A stretch of 64,000 nt of DNA from the IMG/VR virus record IMGVR_UViG_3300020214_000007, positions 1 to 64,000 of that record; one strand, 5' to 3'. Shown piece after piece: positions 43,361-55,900 of this stretch. The number at the start of each line of letters is the position of its first letter. Positions within the stretch are counted from its first letter, which is position 1. Source of the DNA: a virus. Below the pieces are notes generated by a model. It was not told the DNA's origin. It worked only from the letters and a program-made list of their open reading frames with translations, and did not search any database. The translations under genes and the position numbers were made by a program.

Positions 43361-44551
43361 CTATACGGCATCTAGCCATACGCTATATTCAGAGGTAACT
43401 CCGTGCTCTGGATGAATAAACATTAGGTGTTGACACGGCCTACTCAGAGAAGAAAAATACTCTTGAGCATACGTGTTGCTACTTTCTGTAGAACCAGAAA
43501 CTCTTAATATACTGCTGCCAATTGTCATTTTAAACTGCTGATGATAATGACCCATAAATACATCGTCAAAATGTTCTGGTATCGCCCCATCTTTCCAGCC
43601 CATTACCTTTTTATAATATCCATAATATTGAGCTGGTGTCGGTAACTGATCCCCATGTATGAGGAGACTTGAGTAATCACCGACATTGTCTATTGCATAC
43701 CAGTTTCTTTCCCCCCTTCCATCTGGAATGTTAAAAGTAATTCTATCTTCTTTGGCAAAAATTAATTCCAATATCTTGTACAAAAGTCTATCCATATTAG
43801 TTTCTGGATCATGAGATTTTTTTAACTTTCCACCCACGGCTCCATGATTGCCAATAATTCCAATAACATGCACTCTTTTGAAATTTTCTAAAGCTGTTAT
43901 AAAAAACTTTGAAAGTATTCTAGGACCGTTAATTCCAACCTGTCTATACAGGCCAGAATCAATAAGATGACTTTGACCCGCAAATATTTCCTCACCCTCT
44001 ACTATATCGCCCAAAAGCCAAACATGTAAATTATCTACGTTGTGATGCAGACGTTGCATCGCTGTAATTTCCAATAACCTCTCAGTATACAATTCTATTC
44101 TTTTTTCAAGCACTTCTGTATTATAATTTGCAGTTACCTTGCCCATTTGCCAATCCGCAAAAACGGCAACCGCTGTTTCTGGGCTAGTTTGCTTGTTACC
44201 CTTTAGGGTTGGGGCTTTTATCTTTGGTAACTCAAAAACAGAAAACGCATCAAATGCTGCTTGATAAACGGCAACTACCGCCTCACTTTTAACATTTTTA
44301 TATTTTTCAGCCAACTTTGCTAGGCGTCTGTTTTCTGACCTTAGGAATAGTGAAGCATCTTCCGAAGAGGGTTCGACAAAAGTAATCTCATCTTCTTCAA
44401 CAGATAGATTGTCATTTTGAGTAACATCTATTTCTTCGTGAATAATTTGACCAGGAAAATCTTTATAACCTTCTGACAACATTCTGGCATGAGTCATGTT
44501 TTTTGCTTTGATTATTTGTTTTTTTGTAACTACATAAGATTGTACTGACAT
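43361..44551 (-). CDS. calcineurin-like metallophosphoesterase
   Basis: ADWQMG, LGDIVEG, GNHG, IHGD and GHYH. Confidence 0.85.
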   Translation of the reverse strand: MSVQSYVVTKKQIIKAKNMTHARMLSEGYKDFPGQIIHEEIDVTQNDNLSVEEDEITFVEPSSEDASLFLRSENRRLAKLAEKYKNVKSEAVVAVYQAAFDAFSVFELPKIKAPTLKGNKQTSPETAVAVFADWQMGKVTANYNTEVLEKRIELYTERLLEITAMQRLHHNVDNLHVWLLGDIVEGEEIFAGQSHLIDSGLYRQVGINGPRILSKFFITALENFKRVHVIGIIGNHGAVGGKLKKSHDPETNMDRLLYKILELIFAKEDRITFNIPDGRGERNWYAIDNVGDYSSLLIHGDQLPTPAQYYGYYKKVMGWKDGAIPEHFDDVFMGHYHQQFKMTIGSSILRVSGSTESSNTYAQEYFSSLSRPCQHLMFIHPEHGVTSEYSVWLDAV

Positions 44552-44561
44552 TTATCATCCT

Positions 44562-45734
44562 TTAATAATTTGAACTACTACCCATTATAACAGAATAAAC
44601 CGCCAATGATCCAGCTGTCATATATGATTTATCATCTGATAATCTGTAATCTTTATTGGCAATATTTTGATTATCTACTCTAATTGATTTGACAGAAACA
44701 GACACTATAATTTCTGACGCACTTCTTGCCTGACGTTCAATCTCTGTTACCGATATGGAATCTCCAATCGATAGACTATTAACGTATCTATTAATAAATA
44801 TTCTTGCCTGATTTTCAACCGCCCTAGCTGTATCAGTTGTTGTACCCTCTCTTAAAATGATAGACATATTTATATCTACCGGTTTTCTTTCTGCGATTCT
44901 TACATTAAGATTAACACCAACGGGCTTAATTGATCTAACTTGATCAATCACTAAATCGGCCATTGTTGCAAGTCCAGATCTTGTTTCGGGAACTATTATT
45001 ATATCACAAGAACCTATTCCAAAAGAGGCTTCTCTAATTTTTGCGTCTTTTACTCCCTTTACCGCCAATGCGGCAAAGCGTATTGATTCAGCGGTTCCGG
45101 TGTTAGAACCCCTGATCGCGGAAACGATTCTTCTTCTATAATTATCATCAGACTCTGAATTTAGGGTACTGTATACTTCTTTGGGATTATTGCAGAAAAC
45201 AACTACTCCAGCGGGGGGAATAAAATTGTGCTGCGTTAAAGTATTTCTTGCAGCGGTAATATTGTTGTCTGCAAATTTTGCTTTTACTGCTCCGTAAGCC
45301 CTGGTATTTCCATTTGGAATAATCACATCTCCATTAAGCTCGTATACATATTGTGTCGACGAATAATTACCTACATCATTAAAAACCAAGGTCCCAGATG
45401 GTATGACAATTGCAGTGTTATGCGTTTTATTTATAAAGAATTCTATGTTTGCAGTTGTTCTTTCCGGTACAAGCTCAGAAGAAACAGATCTTCTTGGAAC
45501 GTTATATAAAGCTCCTATCATATCTAAATTGAGGCCATTTGCCGTAGATAGACTCGACTGCTCAATACTTATTTTTAAAGCATTATATAAATCATATATT
45601 TCTGAATGTATTGCTTCCGCAAAGGCTCTTGCTATAGAACCGGGTGAAATAGAAGCTATTCCAGCGTTCCTTTGAAGTCCGTCCAGCGATGCCATCAGCA
45701 TTTGTTCTTTTGTTTTTATATTCATCATTGGCAT
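44562..45734 (-). CDS. baseplate J-like wedge protein
   Basis: STANGLNLDMIGALYNVPR, IPSGT, ESDDNYRRRI, GTAESIRFAALAVKGV and KPVGV. Confidence 0.9.
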   Translation of the reverse strand: MPMMNIKTKEQMLMASLDGLQRNAGIASISPGSIARAFAEAIHSEIYDLYNALKISIEQSSLSTANGLNLDMIGALYNVPRRSVSSELVPERTTANIEFFINKTHNTAIVIPSGTLVFNDVGNYSSTQYVYELNGDVIIPNGNTRAYGAVKAKFADNNITAARNTLTQHNFIPPAGVVVFCNNPKEVYSTLNSESDDNYRRRIVSAIRGSNTGTAESIRFAALAVKGVKDAKIREASFGIGSCDIIIVPETRSGLATMADLVIDQVRSIKPVGVNLNVRIAERKPVDINMSIILREGTTTDTARAVENQARIFINRYVNSLSIGDSISVTEIERQARSASEIIVSVSVKSIRVDNQNIANKDYRLSDDKSYMTAGSLAVYSVIMGSSSNY

Positions 45735-45735
45735 A

Positions 45736-46116
45736 CTATGCTCCTAAATTTTGGGTTACAGACAAAATCACGGGTTGGTAACTAGTACCCGCTAAATATA
45801 CATCAAATCGTATAGAATCCGCGCTTACTGGCACTGCTTCAATAGTAATTTGTTTATTTTTAAAAACTCCCTCTCTTTCTAGAGCTGCCCTTATAAGCCT
45901 CTTACCGAGATCTCCAGTTTGAGGTGTTTGGGGCATTCCGTAAAGTATTGAGAGTTGAACACCCAATTCTGGGTATATAAAAAAATCACCAGGTTCAGTC
46001 ATAAGCCTGATATAGACCTGCTGTATGTCCTTTGTGGCATAATCCTGAGCCATGGCTATATCTCCAGATCCATTAATAACTAAATCACCACTTAAATCAA
46101 GATAAAAATCAGACAT
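45736..46116 (-). CDS. gp25-like baseplate wedge / sheath initiator
   Basis: GDLVINGSGDI...RLMTEPGDFFIYPELG pattern; upstream of baseplate J. Confidence 0.8.
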   Translation of the reverse strand: MSDFYLDLSGDLVINGSGDIAMAQDYATKDIQQVYIRLMTEPGDFFIYPELGVQLSILYGMPQTPQTGDLGKRLIRAALEREGVFKNKQITIEAVPVSADSIRFDVYLAGTSYQPVILSVTQNLGA

Positions 46117-46810
46117 TTTTATCCTTCAACAATCTTGCTTTCGCTTGTTCCATAGTATATCCTAATTGTTTTAATTTTAAAAGCCCATCTAACGCCGCTT
46201 GTTTTGCTAATCCAAAAGCTTCTGATCCTATTAGATCTTTATTCCCTTCCCAAAAAGAACTAGCTTCATCCAATTCTTGTTGAGTAAAATTTTGATCTTT
46301 AGAAACCAAAGTTGACTGTAAATTTTCCTCCCATGGGAGTAAGTTTGTAGCCGTTACAAATTCGTATTCACCCTGAATAGTAACCGTGGATTGAGTGTCT
46401 TCTTGGTCATATTGACTTATATTATTTATATAATAATCAGCGTTTTTAAAACCCGGATTAAAATCTCTATTGTTTGCTTGAGTAAAAGCCGGCTCCGTAA
46501 ATACCGTAGCGGAACTGTTAAATTCTTTAGAATTCCATTTTAATCCATCCTCTTTAGAATTAAATTTAATATTATCAGCAAAAATGGATACTGTTCTAGT
46601 TGAACCATTTATCACTATACCAACTCCCGGGGCAGCAAAAATCTCTATATCTCCAGCGTCAGTTATTCTTAAAAATCCAGGATTGTCTGGATGAGTAAGC
46701 CCAACCTCTCTGGACGAATAGGTCTTTCTTCTGTTGATTTCATCTGCTTCTGTAATCGTTTTTCCAACAGAAGATTCATAGCTTTTATCTGAAGTAATTT
46801 TTCCAGCCAT
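46109..46810 (-). CDS. baseplate spike-associated protein (putative)
   Basis: Position in the operon; beta-rich FLRITDAGDIEIFA segment. Confidence 0.55.
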   Translation of the reverse strand: MAGKITSDKSYESSVGKTITEADEINRRKTYSSREVGLTHPDNPGFLRITDAGDIEIFAAPGVGIVINGSTRTVSIFADNIKFNSKEDGLKWNSKEFNSSATVFTEPAFTQANNRDFNPGFKNADYYINNISQYDQEDTQSTVTIQGEYEFVTATNLLPWEENLQSTLVSKDQNFTQQELDEASSFWEGNKDLIGSEAFGLAKQAALDGLLKLKQLGYTMEQAKARLLKDKNV

Positions 46811-46812
46811 AA

Positions 46813-47176
46813 TTACACCATAAATTTCGGTATTCCAGTATCAACAAACGTAGACGGTCCATACTTACCGATGGATGAACCGTCGTCTATAAAGCTAACT
46901 ATATATGGAGATGTTTCTGCATCATCCCTAAAACCGATAACGCATCGAGATCCGGTAGTTGGAGCTACCATTTGTACACCCTGAATTGATGGACATGGTA
47001 TAGCCTGATACATGTTTCCGGGCAGTATTTGCAAATTTGTCATCCATAATAACCATAGCTGTATTAGTAATTTTATCATATGACATCACAGTTCCAAATC
47101 TCGTCTTTGCCTGTTGCAGGCGTTGACTGTCCAGATGTGCATTTAGTCTTTCGTCAAATTTTGGATAGTATTTCAT
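46813..47176 (-). CDS. gp5/gpV-type OB-fold baseplate protein, 120 aa, one CGGN site
   Basis: AAGGAGG RBS before MKYYPKF; GTVMSYD...NTA-G-NMYQAIPCP...APTTGSRCVIGF...PYIVS via CGGA at 47017..47020. Confidence 0.75.
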
Positions 47177-47189
47177 TGTCCAACCCTCC

Positions 47190-49937
47190 TTATACGGCCC
47201 ATACGCTAGAACATCCAACGTACGTATATTTATCACCTGGAAAACCGCTAAATGTTATAGCCCTTGGACTTGGTCTTTCATCGCTACTGTGCTGATCTAC
47301 GTATTCTCCACCGCCTATAGATACACCTACGTGACCATAGTTCGCATCTCCTCCGCTCCAGAATACAAGATATCCAACTGGGGGATTTTTACCCTTCTCG
47401 GAATCTGCAGCAAACCAGTGAGTATTTTCCGTACCGCCCTTAATGTTTTCCCAATGTTCACCAGCAGATTCAAACTGCTGAAGCGTTTTTGTTGGCACTG
47501 TGTGTTTAATTACTTCTCCAAAATTTTGTTCATTCCATTCCAAATCTTTCAAATCTGTTTCTGAAGTTCCGAAAAGACCCAACATTGCTGATAAAACTCT
47601 TGCAAATCTGTCACATTGGAAATTACCCTTAAGCTCTTTCTTGTAAGTATTCACCCAACCCTGCGTTTTGTGTGCCTTCAGCCAATCAGCGCCATTCTTA
47701 ACTTGGGTCTTATTAAATGTCTGCTCCTGATTATCATTTTCTGCTCCAGCGGAGGACTCTGCGGAAACATTACCGTAAGTAATTGGCTTACTCTTTGACT
47801 CATCTTTAAGGGTTCCATTTTTGGGTTTATCGTAAAACACTTCGCCACTCATCCAAAGTTCTATATAGTTGGTGGTTTTAGGATTAAATTTAGGGAGATT
47901 ATCTCTAACCCAACTCGTAAGATTATCTATTGATTTTCCGCTTGTTAGATAAACATCTACTGCGTCTTGGAATCTTATTTGATAAATAAAACCTACATCT
48001 GATCTATTTAGAGCACGGCTTATGGGGTAATCGCCCCAATGGTAAAATCCATTTGACTGAGTTATTTTGTTTGTATTTTTAAAATCATTTCTACCAAATT
48101 TTTGCATTAGCATCCACACTTGATTGATTGGATACCATAGCCTATCATCGGTATCTGCTTTTCCATTATTTTGAAGCTCAATCATTTTCTTTGCTATCGC
48201 ATTAGGGTCCCATCCGGCTGTTTTGCCAGGAACATACGCAAGTTCCGCTGCGGATACCATCTGTGGATTGATCGTTGTTCCATCGTAGTATATTGGAATA
48301 GAAGCAGAAGTGTTTTTTGATTTACTTATTAAAGAAATTAAATTAAATTGAAACATTCCGACTGAATAATCACCAGTATATCCATCTGCATTCTCACCAC
48401 ATTTGCCATTAAAGGAGCTGGGATTACCGACACTCTCTCTTGCCGCAAGAGCGCACATTACAGCTGCCACTTCTTCACTAAAAGGACCTTCTTGTGATAA
48501 AATTATAAATAATTCAGTCAACGAAATGCTTGCGCTAGCTGATTTATAATTTTGTTTTGATTTTTCTCTAGCTTCATTAATGTCTTCTTCGGTATTAACA
48601 GAAACGCCTGAGTCATCCGAGGATTGTGACTTTGCTGCAGATTCAAAACCCGGAGAACCTATATACTGTCCAGCCCTACTGTGACTAAAACTTATGTGTA
48701 TATTATCTTTGTGCTCAGGTGCAGATTCAAAGTTAACATATTTTAAATTTGGATACGTTGTTTTTAAAGGGGTGCTCTCACTATCAAATCCCTCCATTAC
48801 ACCAAGGTCTCTTGCCACATCTGGTGACATAACAATTAAATCAGGTATTAGCTGCATGGGCATTAAATTTAATCTTGAAAGAACATAGTTTAAAGACGCA
48901 ACGTAGTGTTCTTTTGATTTATCAAAATTACTAAAAGAACCTATTGCAGTTATGTCAAAAGCTCTGCCAAAAACATGATCAGATATTGCGTTTGTGTTAT
49001 TGGGATCTATGCCCTTAGATGAATCAGCGCTTCTTGTTGTTTCATCGCTTTCAGATAATATAGCTCTGGCTAATCCAAATTTACCTTTTATTTGGACTCC
49101 TCTTGTTGGGTCTGTTAACATCAGCAGGCATTCGATGAGTGCGGCGCATACATAGGCCCTTTTTGAGCTAGCTTCAATTAAGTCCTTAGTTATTTCTGAA
49201 GTTTGAGACGAATCTGGAAAATAGGAATTGGTTTGAGAAAATTTATAAGAAGATAAATTATTTGGAATATCGAATTGAAAACCCACAGTAAGAGCAGTAT
49301 CTGGTATTCTTTTGTTAAGTTCTCTTCCTCTTTCTAGGTATATTGAAGATTCTTCTGCAGAAAGTTCATCGGCTATTGCGATTGGACGAGCACCAAGTGA
49401 TGGAGCACTTTCTTGTTTTAATTGATAAGAAACCTGATTGTGTTTATAAATAGTTCCATTAGATTCACCAACATAAGAAACAGATTTATTATTAGCCGCA
49501 TCTCCTATTAATTTTTGCAGAAGCGGGTTTGAAGTTCTTGATGGAGCGAGTCCAGTGCCAACTAAAGACTGAGACACGGTTTTCATATAAGCCGCTGATC
49601 CCGTTAAGGTCTCTGCTTCTCCGGCGTTGCCCTGATAGTCTGGATTTGGAACGGTAAAAGCTTCAAATTTTGCTCCGGCAGCCAATATTCCATGTAAGGA
49701 AGATTGAACAAATCTATTATTTAAATCCATCAAAGTTGCAGGATTTCTTGTGAGCGCCCCACCGGCCATCATATCTACAACATCTCTAGATGTCAATGTC
49801 TGATTAACATACTTTTCTTTTGAAGCCGAAGTAGTTAAACTACTACTTCCGCCCGGATTATATCCTTCTGCTAGTTTTTCAGTAAATGACTGTGAATTAT
49901 TGAAGTCATCTAAGTTTAAACCAAAATCATCACTCAT
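47190..49937 (-). CDS. tail-associated multi-domain peptidoglycan hydrolase (M15-like + lysozyme/SLT-like + CHAP/NlpC-like)
   Basis: SDHVFGRAFD...HKDNIHIS; ARESVGNP...VGMFQFN; QCDRFAR...PPVGYLVFWSG...GHVGVSIGGG. Confidence 0.75.
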   Translation of the reverse strand: MSDDFGLNLDDFNNSQSFTEKLAEGYNPGGSSSLTTSASKEKYVNQTLTSRDVVDMMAGGALTRNPATLMDLNNRFVQSSLHGILAAGAKFEAFTVPNPDYQGNAGEAETLTGSAAYMKTVSQSLVGTGLAPSRTSNPLLQKLIGDAANNKSVSYVGESNGTIYKHNQVSYQLKQESAPSLGARPIAIADELSAEESSIYLERGRELNKRIPDTALTVGFQFDIPNNLSSYKFSQTNSYFPDSSQTSEITKDLIEASSKRAYVCAALIECLLMLTDPTRGVQIKGKFGLARAILSESDETTRSADSSKGIDPNNTNAISDHVFGRAFDITAIGSFSNFDKSKEHYVASLNYVLSRLNLMPMQLIPDLIVMSPDVARDLGVMEGFDSESTPLKTTYPNLKYVNFESAPEHKDNIHISFSHSRAGQYIGSPGFESAAKSQSSDDSGVSVNTEEDINEAREKSKQNYKSASASISLTELFIILSQEGPFSEEVAAVMCALAARESVGNPSSFNGKCGENADGYTGDYSVGMFQFNLISLISKSKNTSASIPIYYDGTTINPQMVSAAELAYVPGKTAGWDPNAIAKKMIELQNNGKADTDDRLWYPINQVWMLMQKFGRNDFKNTNKITQSNGFYHWGDYPISRALNRSDVGFIYQIRFQDAVDVYLTSGKSIDNLTSWVRDNLPKFNPKTTNYIELWMSGEVFYDKPKNGTLKDESKSKPITYGNVSAESSAGAENDNQEQTFNKTQVKNGADWLKAHKTQGWVNTYKKELKGNFQCDRFARVLSAMLGLFGTSETDLKDLEWNEQNFGEVIKHTVPTKTLQQFESAGEHWENIKGGTENTHWFAADSEKGKNPPVGYLVFWSGGDANYGHVGVSIGGGEYVDQHSSDERPSPRAITFSGFPGDKYTYVGCSSVWAV

Positions 49938-49939
49938 AC

Positions 49940-52900
49940 TTAAGTCCCTTGTGAAACATATTGTGCATTAGGTATTTGTTCATCTAGTCCTATTTCCGCC
50001 GGTCTACTTCTTAGTAAATCAACGGTATAAACTTGCGCCAGATTATTACCAATAAGCTCCCAATTTAATGTAGCTGCAATACCATCATCATAGTACTCGT
50101 CCCAAGCTACATAAGGCCATTCTGAAGCTTTTGAATAAAGTGTTTCTAATATTTTAAAATGAACAAATGTATTAAACACATTGATTTTATTATTGTTAAG
50201 ATTAATAAGAGGATCAGTCGATCCTGTAATTTCAAAATACTCTTTTGTTTTAGAATTAAAAATAGATGAATATATTTCTTGAAACTTTATACTAAAAATA
50301 GACTCTTTGAATATTTCTTCTTTAAATTTTGCTTTCAGTATTTCTACAGTGGCATTAATATTATTAATAAAAAGTCCCCTAATACGTAAGACCAAATCTT
50401 GAATATCTGTATCAATCATTCTGTAGAAAACAGTACCTAAAGCTTTTTCTTTTTCTGAATCTCCGTAATATTTTCCCTTTAAATAACTACGAGAAGTATT
50501 TAACTTAGAACCAGGCTGCAAATCATCCTCAGTATACATGGCAACTGCTGAAGCATCATTGGGAGATATTCTAATAACAAAAGGAGTTTCCGATAATTTT
50601 TCGTAAACAAATAAAGATGCTCTTCCCCCCGGAGAGTCTATATTAACTCCCTGAACTGGATTAGAGGAAGTAGATGTATTTACAAAACCCTCAAATACTC
50701 CCATCTTTGAGGCGATAATTCCCTCTAAACGAACTTTAAACGGTGGTGATTGAGGACTCAATAAATCCACTACTTCAATTTCATCTCCATCAATTACCTT
50801 ATTTAATTTACACAAAACTTTAAAGAATTGATTGAACCCCGCTTTGTCTGGACCGGTTCCAGAATACTTTAACACTTCCGCATTTACCAACGCATTCTCC
50901 ATGCTAACATGTCTAACTAAATCTGTTATTTGTTTTTCTTTCCAACCTAGATTTTTCAATATGTCATCATATCTTATAAATGAATGTCCATCCACAGTTC
51001 TAACTTTAGTGCGGACACCCAATATTCCCGGTAGCAGTCTCTTAGTATGATATCTGCCAACTACCATTCCCTGATTAATCGCAAGCCCTGCGTCCATCGG
51101 TTGCCCATTTCTATTCAGGTAGGAAATATAGCAACCGTGTTGATCAAGAACATTATCTCTGACCCATTTCCAACCCTTCCACATAAGGTCTGTACCTATT
51201 GCTGTCGTTATGCCTGCTCCAACGGGACCACCAACTAAGAATCCCACAGTGGCAGTTCCAAGCGTCGTCGCTGCATACATTGCAGCAATGCCGCTCAAGC
51301 TTACTTGCGCATTAGCGTTTGCTTTCAACTGCTGCTCTACTTGGCTCCTTGCATCGAACAATCCTTCCGCAGTAAAATTAGCCATAATATCTTTTGTGAG
51401 AGCAGCCGAACCATGTGTAAACTGAACACCGCCCAACATTTGAGCTCTAATTGATTGAGCTAATCCATCAACAGAAATGTTGCCGTTAGAAAGAATCCCA
51501 GTGCTACCAGCTTGAACGGAGTTCAATATTGATCGAGTATCATTTCTAATATTTTGAATAGAAAACCATGAATGCATCCAGGAAGACATAAACCATCTAG
51601 CTGGATCATTTACGGAAACAAGAGCATTTGGAGTTATGGAAGTAACGAATCCCATATTCGGAGTAAAATGATGAACCACTTGCTCTACTTCAAATATACC
51701 ATATATTCTTTCATAAACATCCGCTAAATAAACAAGATCATGCGGTCTTATGTCTGGACTTCCCAAAACAATTAACTCACCAGAATATAGATCTTTTAGA
51801 GACTCTCTTAAGTGCGCTAAAGCTACACGTCTTGCCATCAATTCGTCAGGTGCGCCCTGTGAAGTTTTAATAGCACTTCTAGAAAACTCAATTGGATTAA
51901 CGATTGGATGTATTAGTCCAGTTAATCCAGAACCAAATAGGTTATCAAAATATAGACCTGTTTCAACAGTTTTTTCCATCTGTCTTTCAGATGGAATACT
52001 TTTATCCAGGGCAACTGTTACTGGATATTTTCCATCAGAAACTGCAGTTACCGATGTTGCAACATTGGTTGTTGTTTCTTTAATATTATTATTTAATATA
52101 GTAGAAAAAGAACTGAGCGCATGCATTCTCTGAAATGGTTCTCTAACCTCCACAACTGGTTCTCCATACTCTCTTGTGAATGGATTATCAACAGCTCTAA
52201 GGATTGAGCCTGCTCTTCCCATGGAATAATAAATTGAATCATTTAAAGCTTTATTCAAAATGTTTGCCTGTTTTGAAAAGTTATCTATTTCTGACAACTG
52301 GTATCCCATCTGCATCATAGATATTCTAAACATGTTCATTAATCCACTTAAGCCATCACTTAATGCGGTAAACAGGGGTCCTATATTTGAATCCCAAAAA
52401 CTGTCAATATTATGACCTAAAACTCCAACAAAGTTTGTTGCACTATTTCCCTCTCCCTTATTGTCTGCTAGTAGTTTTAAAAATCTCTTTTTATCAGAAG
52501 AATAGTTTTGATTAGGATCTATAAATGCGGCAAATATTTTGTTTACTGCGTGAAAATCCCATTCGTCTCCCCACGAACCAAAGCCAATACCTATTTTTCT
52601 AGATGGCTTTAAAACCAACCAAGCTCTTGCATAAGCATCCTGCCACATCGCTTGTCTAAATAATCCCACGATAAGAAGAAATACTTGTTTTGCACTTAGC
52701 GTTTCATTTTTTGTTTTCTTAAAAATATCAGAAACTTTAACCAATCCACCACCCAATGTTTGACCAATAATTAAACTAACATTACTGGCGTTTTGAAAAA
52801 ACTTTCCAAGATTTTTATATTTTGAAGTTATTAATGTATTGAGATAATTTACTAAACCACCTTGACTTAGCGGGGCGTCTATAAGATTTTTTCTAGCGTA

Positions 52901-55900
52901 TTCTATCGCATCTTTGACTAATGTTTCTCCCTGCTTTAGGGGTGGCGGAGCATCGGGGTCAGTAAATCTAATAGTGTTTGGTTTTTGAGAAATAAAATCG
53001 TTTCCCAAAAGAAGACTAAACTCATCAATAGCCCCATCCTTTGTGGCTTTGTATTGCTTAATAATCTCAGTGCTGGCGCTGGGGTTTTTTATTATTTTTA
53101 CAATTTCAGCTGGTATTGGGGTATCATCATCTGGGTCAAGCCCAAATGCATCAAAGAATATTTTTTTAACAGATTCGTAATTATGATATCCAAATCTAAA
53201 TTGATCCCAAACATCACTTGCTTCGTTATCAGTTCTTCCATCTCCAGCTATTACCGCAACTTGTGCGCTAGCTCCTTCATTATAATATGCTCGTGCTTCT
53301 CTGGCGGTTTCGTCTAATGGATCATATACGGCGGCAAATCGCTTTCTGCCACTAGCTGTTTTTTCATCTCCAGTTCTGGCTAATTCTCCATCTAATATTT
53401 TCCAAAGTTCGTCTCTAGATAAATTGTTATATTTTGCGGCCAAAACCAAATCAAAATAACCATCACTTCCCGCCGCAGATGGAAGGACGTTAGCGCCTCT
53501 TGCGGCGGCTAGCGCAAAATCTCCATCGGTTAACATATTGATTCCACCGACTGGTCTCAACTCTTTAAGCATCTTATTCCAGCTACCTCTTATTTGTGGA
53601 CCCTTTGCCAAATACACTTCAGCTTCAGCTTCAGCTTCAAATCTATCTGCGGTTTTAAATCCAAGTCCAGTCAACTCCGCCGTCAAAACATTGTTAGCCT
53701 TTGTTGCGTCAAAGCGACCAAAACCAACAACGTAATTCGCATTTTCACCAAATGCCGCTTTTGCCTCTTCTGTAAGCTCAAATTCATGAGCTGGATTATA
53801 AAGTGTTGTTACAACTCCTAGGGGAATATCATCGTTAACAAAAGTAAAATAACACTCTCTTGGAACTGGATAGGGCGCCAATCCTGCTTTAGCAACGGCG
53901 GTTGCAGCTGGCCCCATATTAGCCGAGTTGGCGAAAAACTCGTAGCTTTGCTCAATCTTGCTTAAGTGCATCATGCCAAGATAGTATGCCGCATCAGGAG
54001 AAACAATCGCATCTACAGTGACAGATCCGGACAGAATTTATGTCGACTTCATCGTTTTTCCCCCACATAAAAAATGCCGGCCTACAAACAACAGCCGTTC
54101 TTGTTGTTGAACTATAGATTAAAACTTTTCTTTGTTTATAATCAGATGGTTTACCATAAAATTCGTTATCTTTTCTGTCTTTAAAATATTTTTCTTTAAA
54201 CTTTTTAAATAATTCATCATCTTTGTCGCCATCTGTAATATCGTATGGCCATCTCATAGCAATATAAAATTGCTCATCTATTGCCGTTTCTGGACATCCC
54301 CATGCCCTATAGCTAAAAGCCGAACCCGAATTTGGCGTAATTTTTGTTTGATTAATATATTCGTATTCCCATGAACCTTCTAGTTTTTGAGATACATTGC
54401 TTAATTCACCCTTGAACGAAGGTAGTGGCATACGAACATGATTTAGCTCAGCAGATACTTTATTGGACTTTACTAAATCAAATATTGAATTTTCAGAATT
54501 GAATAGTGTATCTTTACCAACTGAATTAGTAAAAGAGATAGCATCTAGTTTAATTGAAAATTCGTTTTTATTATCAGAATCATCGAAACCTTCTGTTAAA
54601 GGAGTTGTTTGAACCAACGATGCTTCATATGCAAGAAGCCTTTTATACGTTTCATCTTGCAGGAATTTTTCATATTCTCTATCACCTTTATGTACAGTAG
54701 CATTTTCTATATTTCTTGAATGAGAAAGAGCATAGAACGGATAGTCCAACAGAACGGCACCAGAAACTCTATCGGTAAAATACGGAAAAGAATATCTAAG
54801 CGGCATTTGCGCTATTTCTTTGTGAACCGACTCCATATTTTTAACAGGAACTTGTATTAAACTTTTGTCAGAAGTTATAGGTAAGTGAAAGCCAACTGTC
54901 GCATAACCTTTATTGGCTGGTATTTCAGAAACAACTTTATTGTTTTCTGAATCTAAGTATTTTAATCTTTTTGGATCCGCCAAATTAATAACTCTACCAT
55001 TCAAAACACCGGCTGGAGCATAGACGTCTGTAGCGGTAGATTGGTCTTTTGCTATTTGCTCAAGACTAAGAAGCGGACTTTGAATGGTTTTAAATGCTTC
55101 GTAATCTGCAGTTGGATTTGATGCTTGATTAATTTTATTTAAAAGATCCATTAATTCTGCGTCTGGGCTTCTGTAAGAAGGAGTTTTTATACCAAGTTCA
55201 ACGGCTTTCTTTTCTGATGGAAATCCAGTAGTCACTGGAACTACTCCGGAAGTATACAACCAATGTGGTTTTCCATAAAATACAGTAGATCTATCTTCAA
55301 ATGGTCTTATAGCGCAAATATAATTAGGAAGTAATCGAGCACAAAGTTGGAACATATCCCAAACTGTTTTCATATATGTTTGAGCCCTAAAAGAAACTTC
55401 ATCAAACCCAGGCATGTCGTCGTCGAGGGTGCTTATTAAACCAAGTGTTTGAAATATATTAGCTCCCCCTCTGCCAGACAGCGAGCCCAGCAGTGTCGCT
55501 CCACCGAAAACTCCGGTGACTGTACCTATAACCGGTAGCGCCAATCCGCCAGTTCCGAAAGCCAACCCCGCCCCTGCAGCTAACAGTGAACCACTAAGAA
55601 GCGCAGATGCCAAACCCCCGCTAGATCTTGATTCTTTCCCCGTATTGGCAATTTCTATTGCTGCAGCAGCAGCGCTTTCTCCATCGTTATATCTTCTTAA
55701 AACATCATTCCATGACGCATCAGTTAACCTATCTAAATAATGTAATCTTGGATTTGGATTATCTTCTGGTGTTAGCGTTGCGGCATTTGTCCAACCATCA
55801 CCAAGATCGCCACCAAGAAATTGCGCTATTCCAGTGCCGTTACCTGGATAAATATTTCTTTTAAATATTTCAAGATCTCTTTGTACCGCAAAATTTGCCC

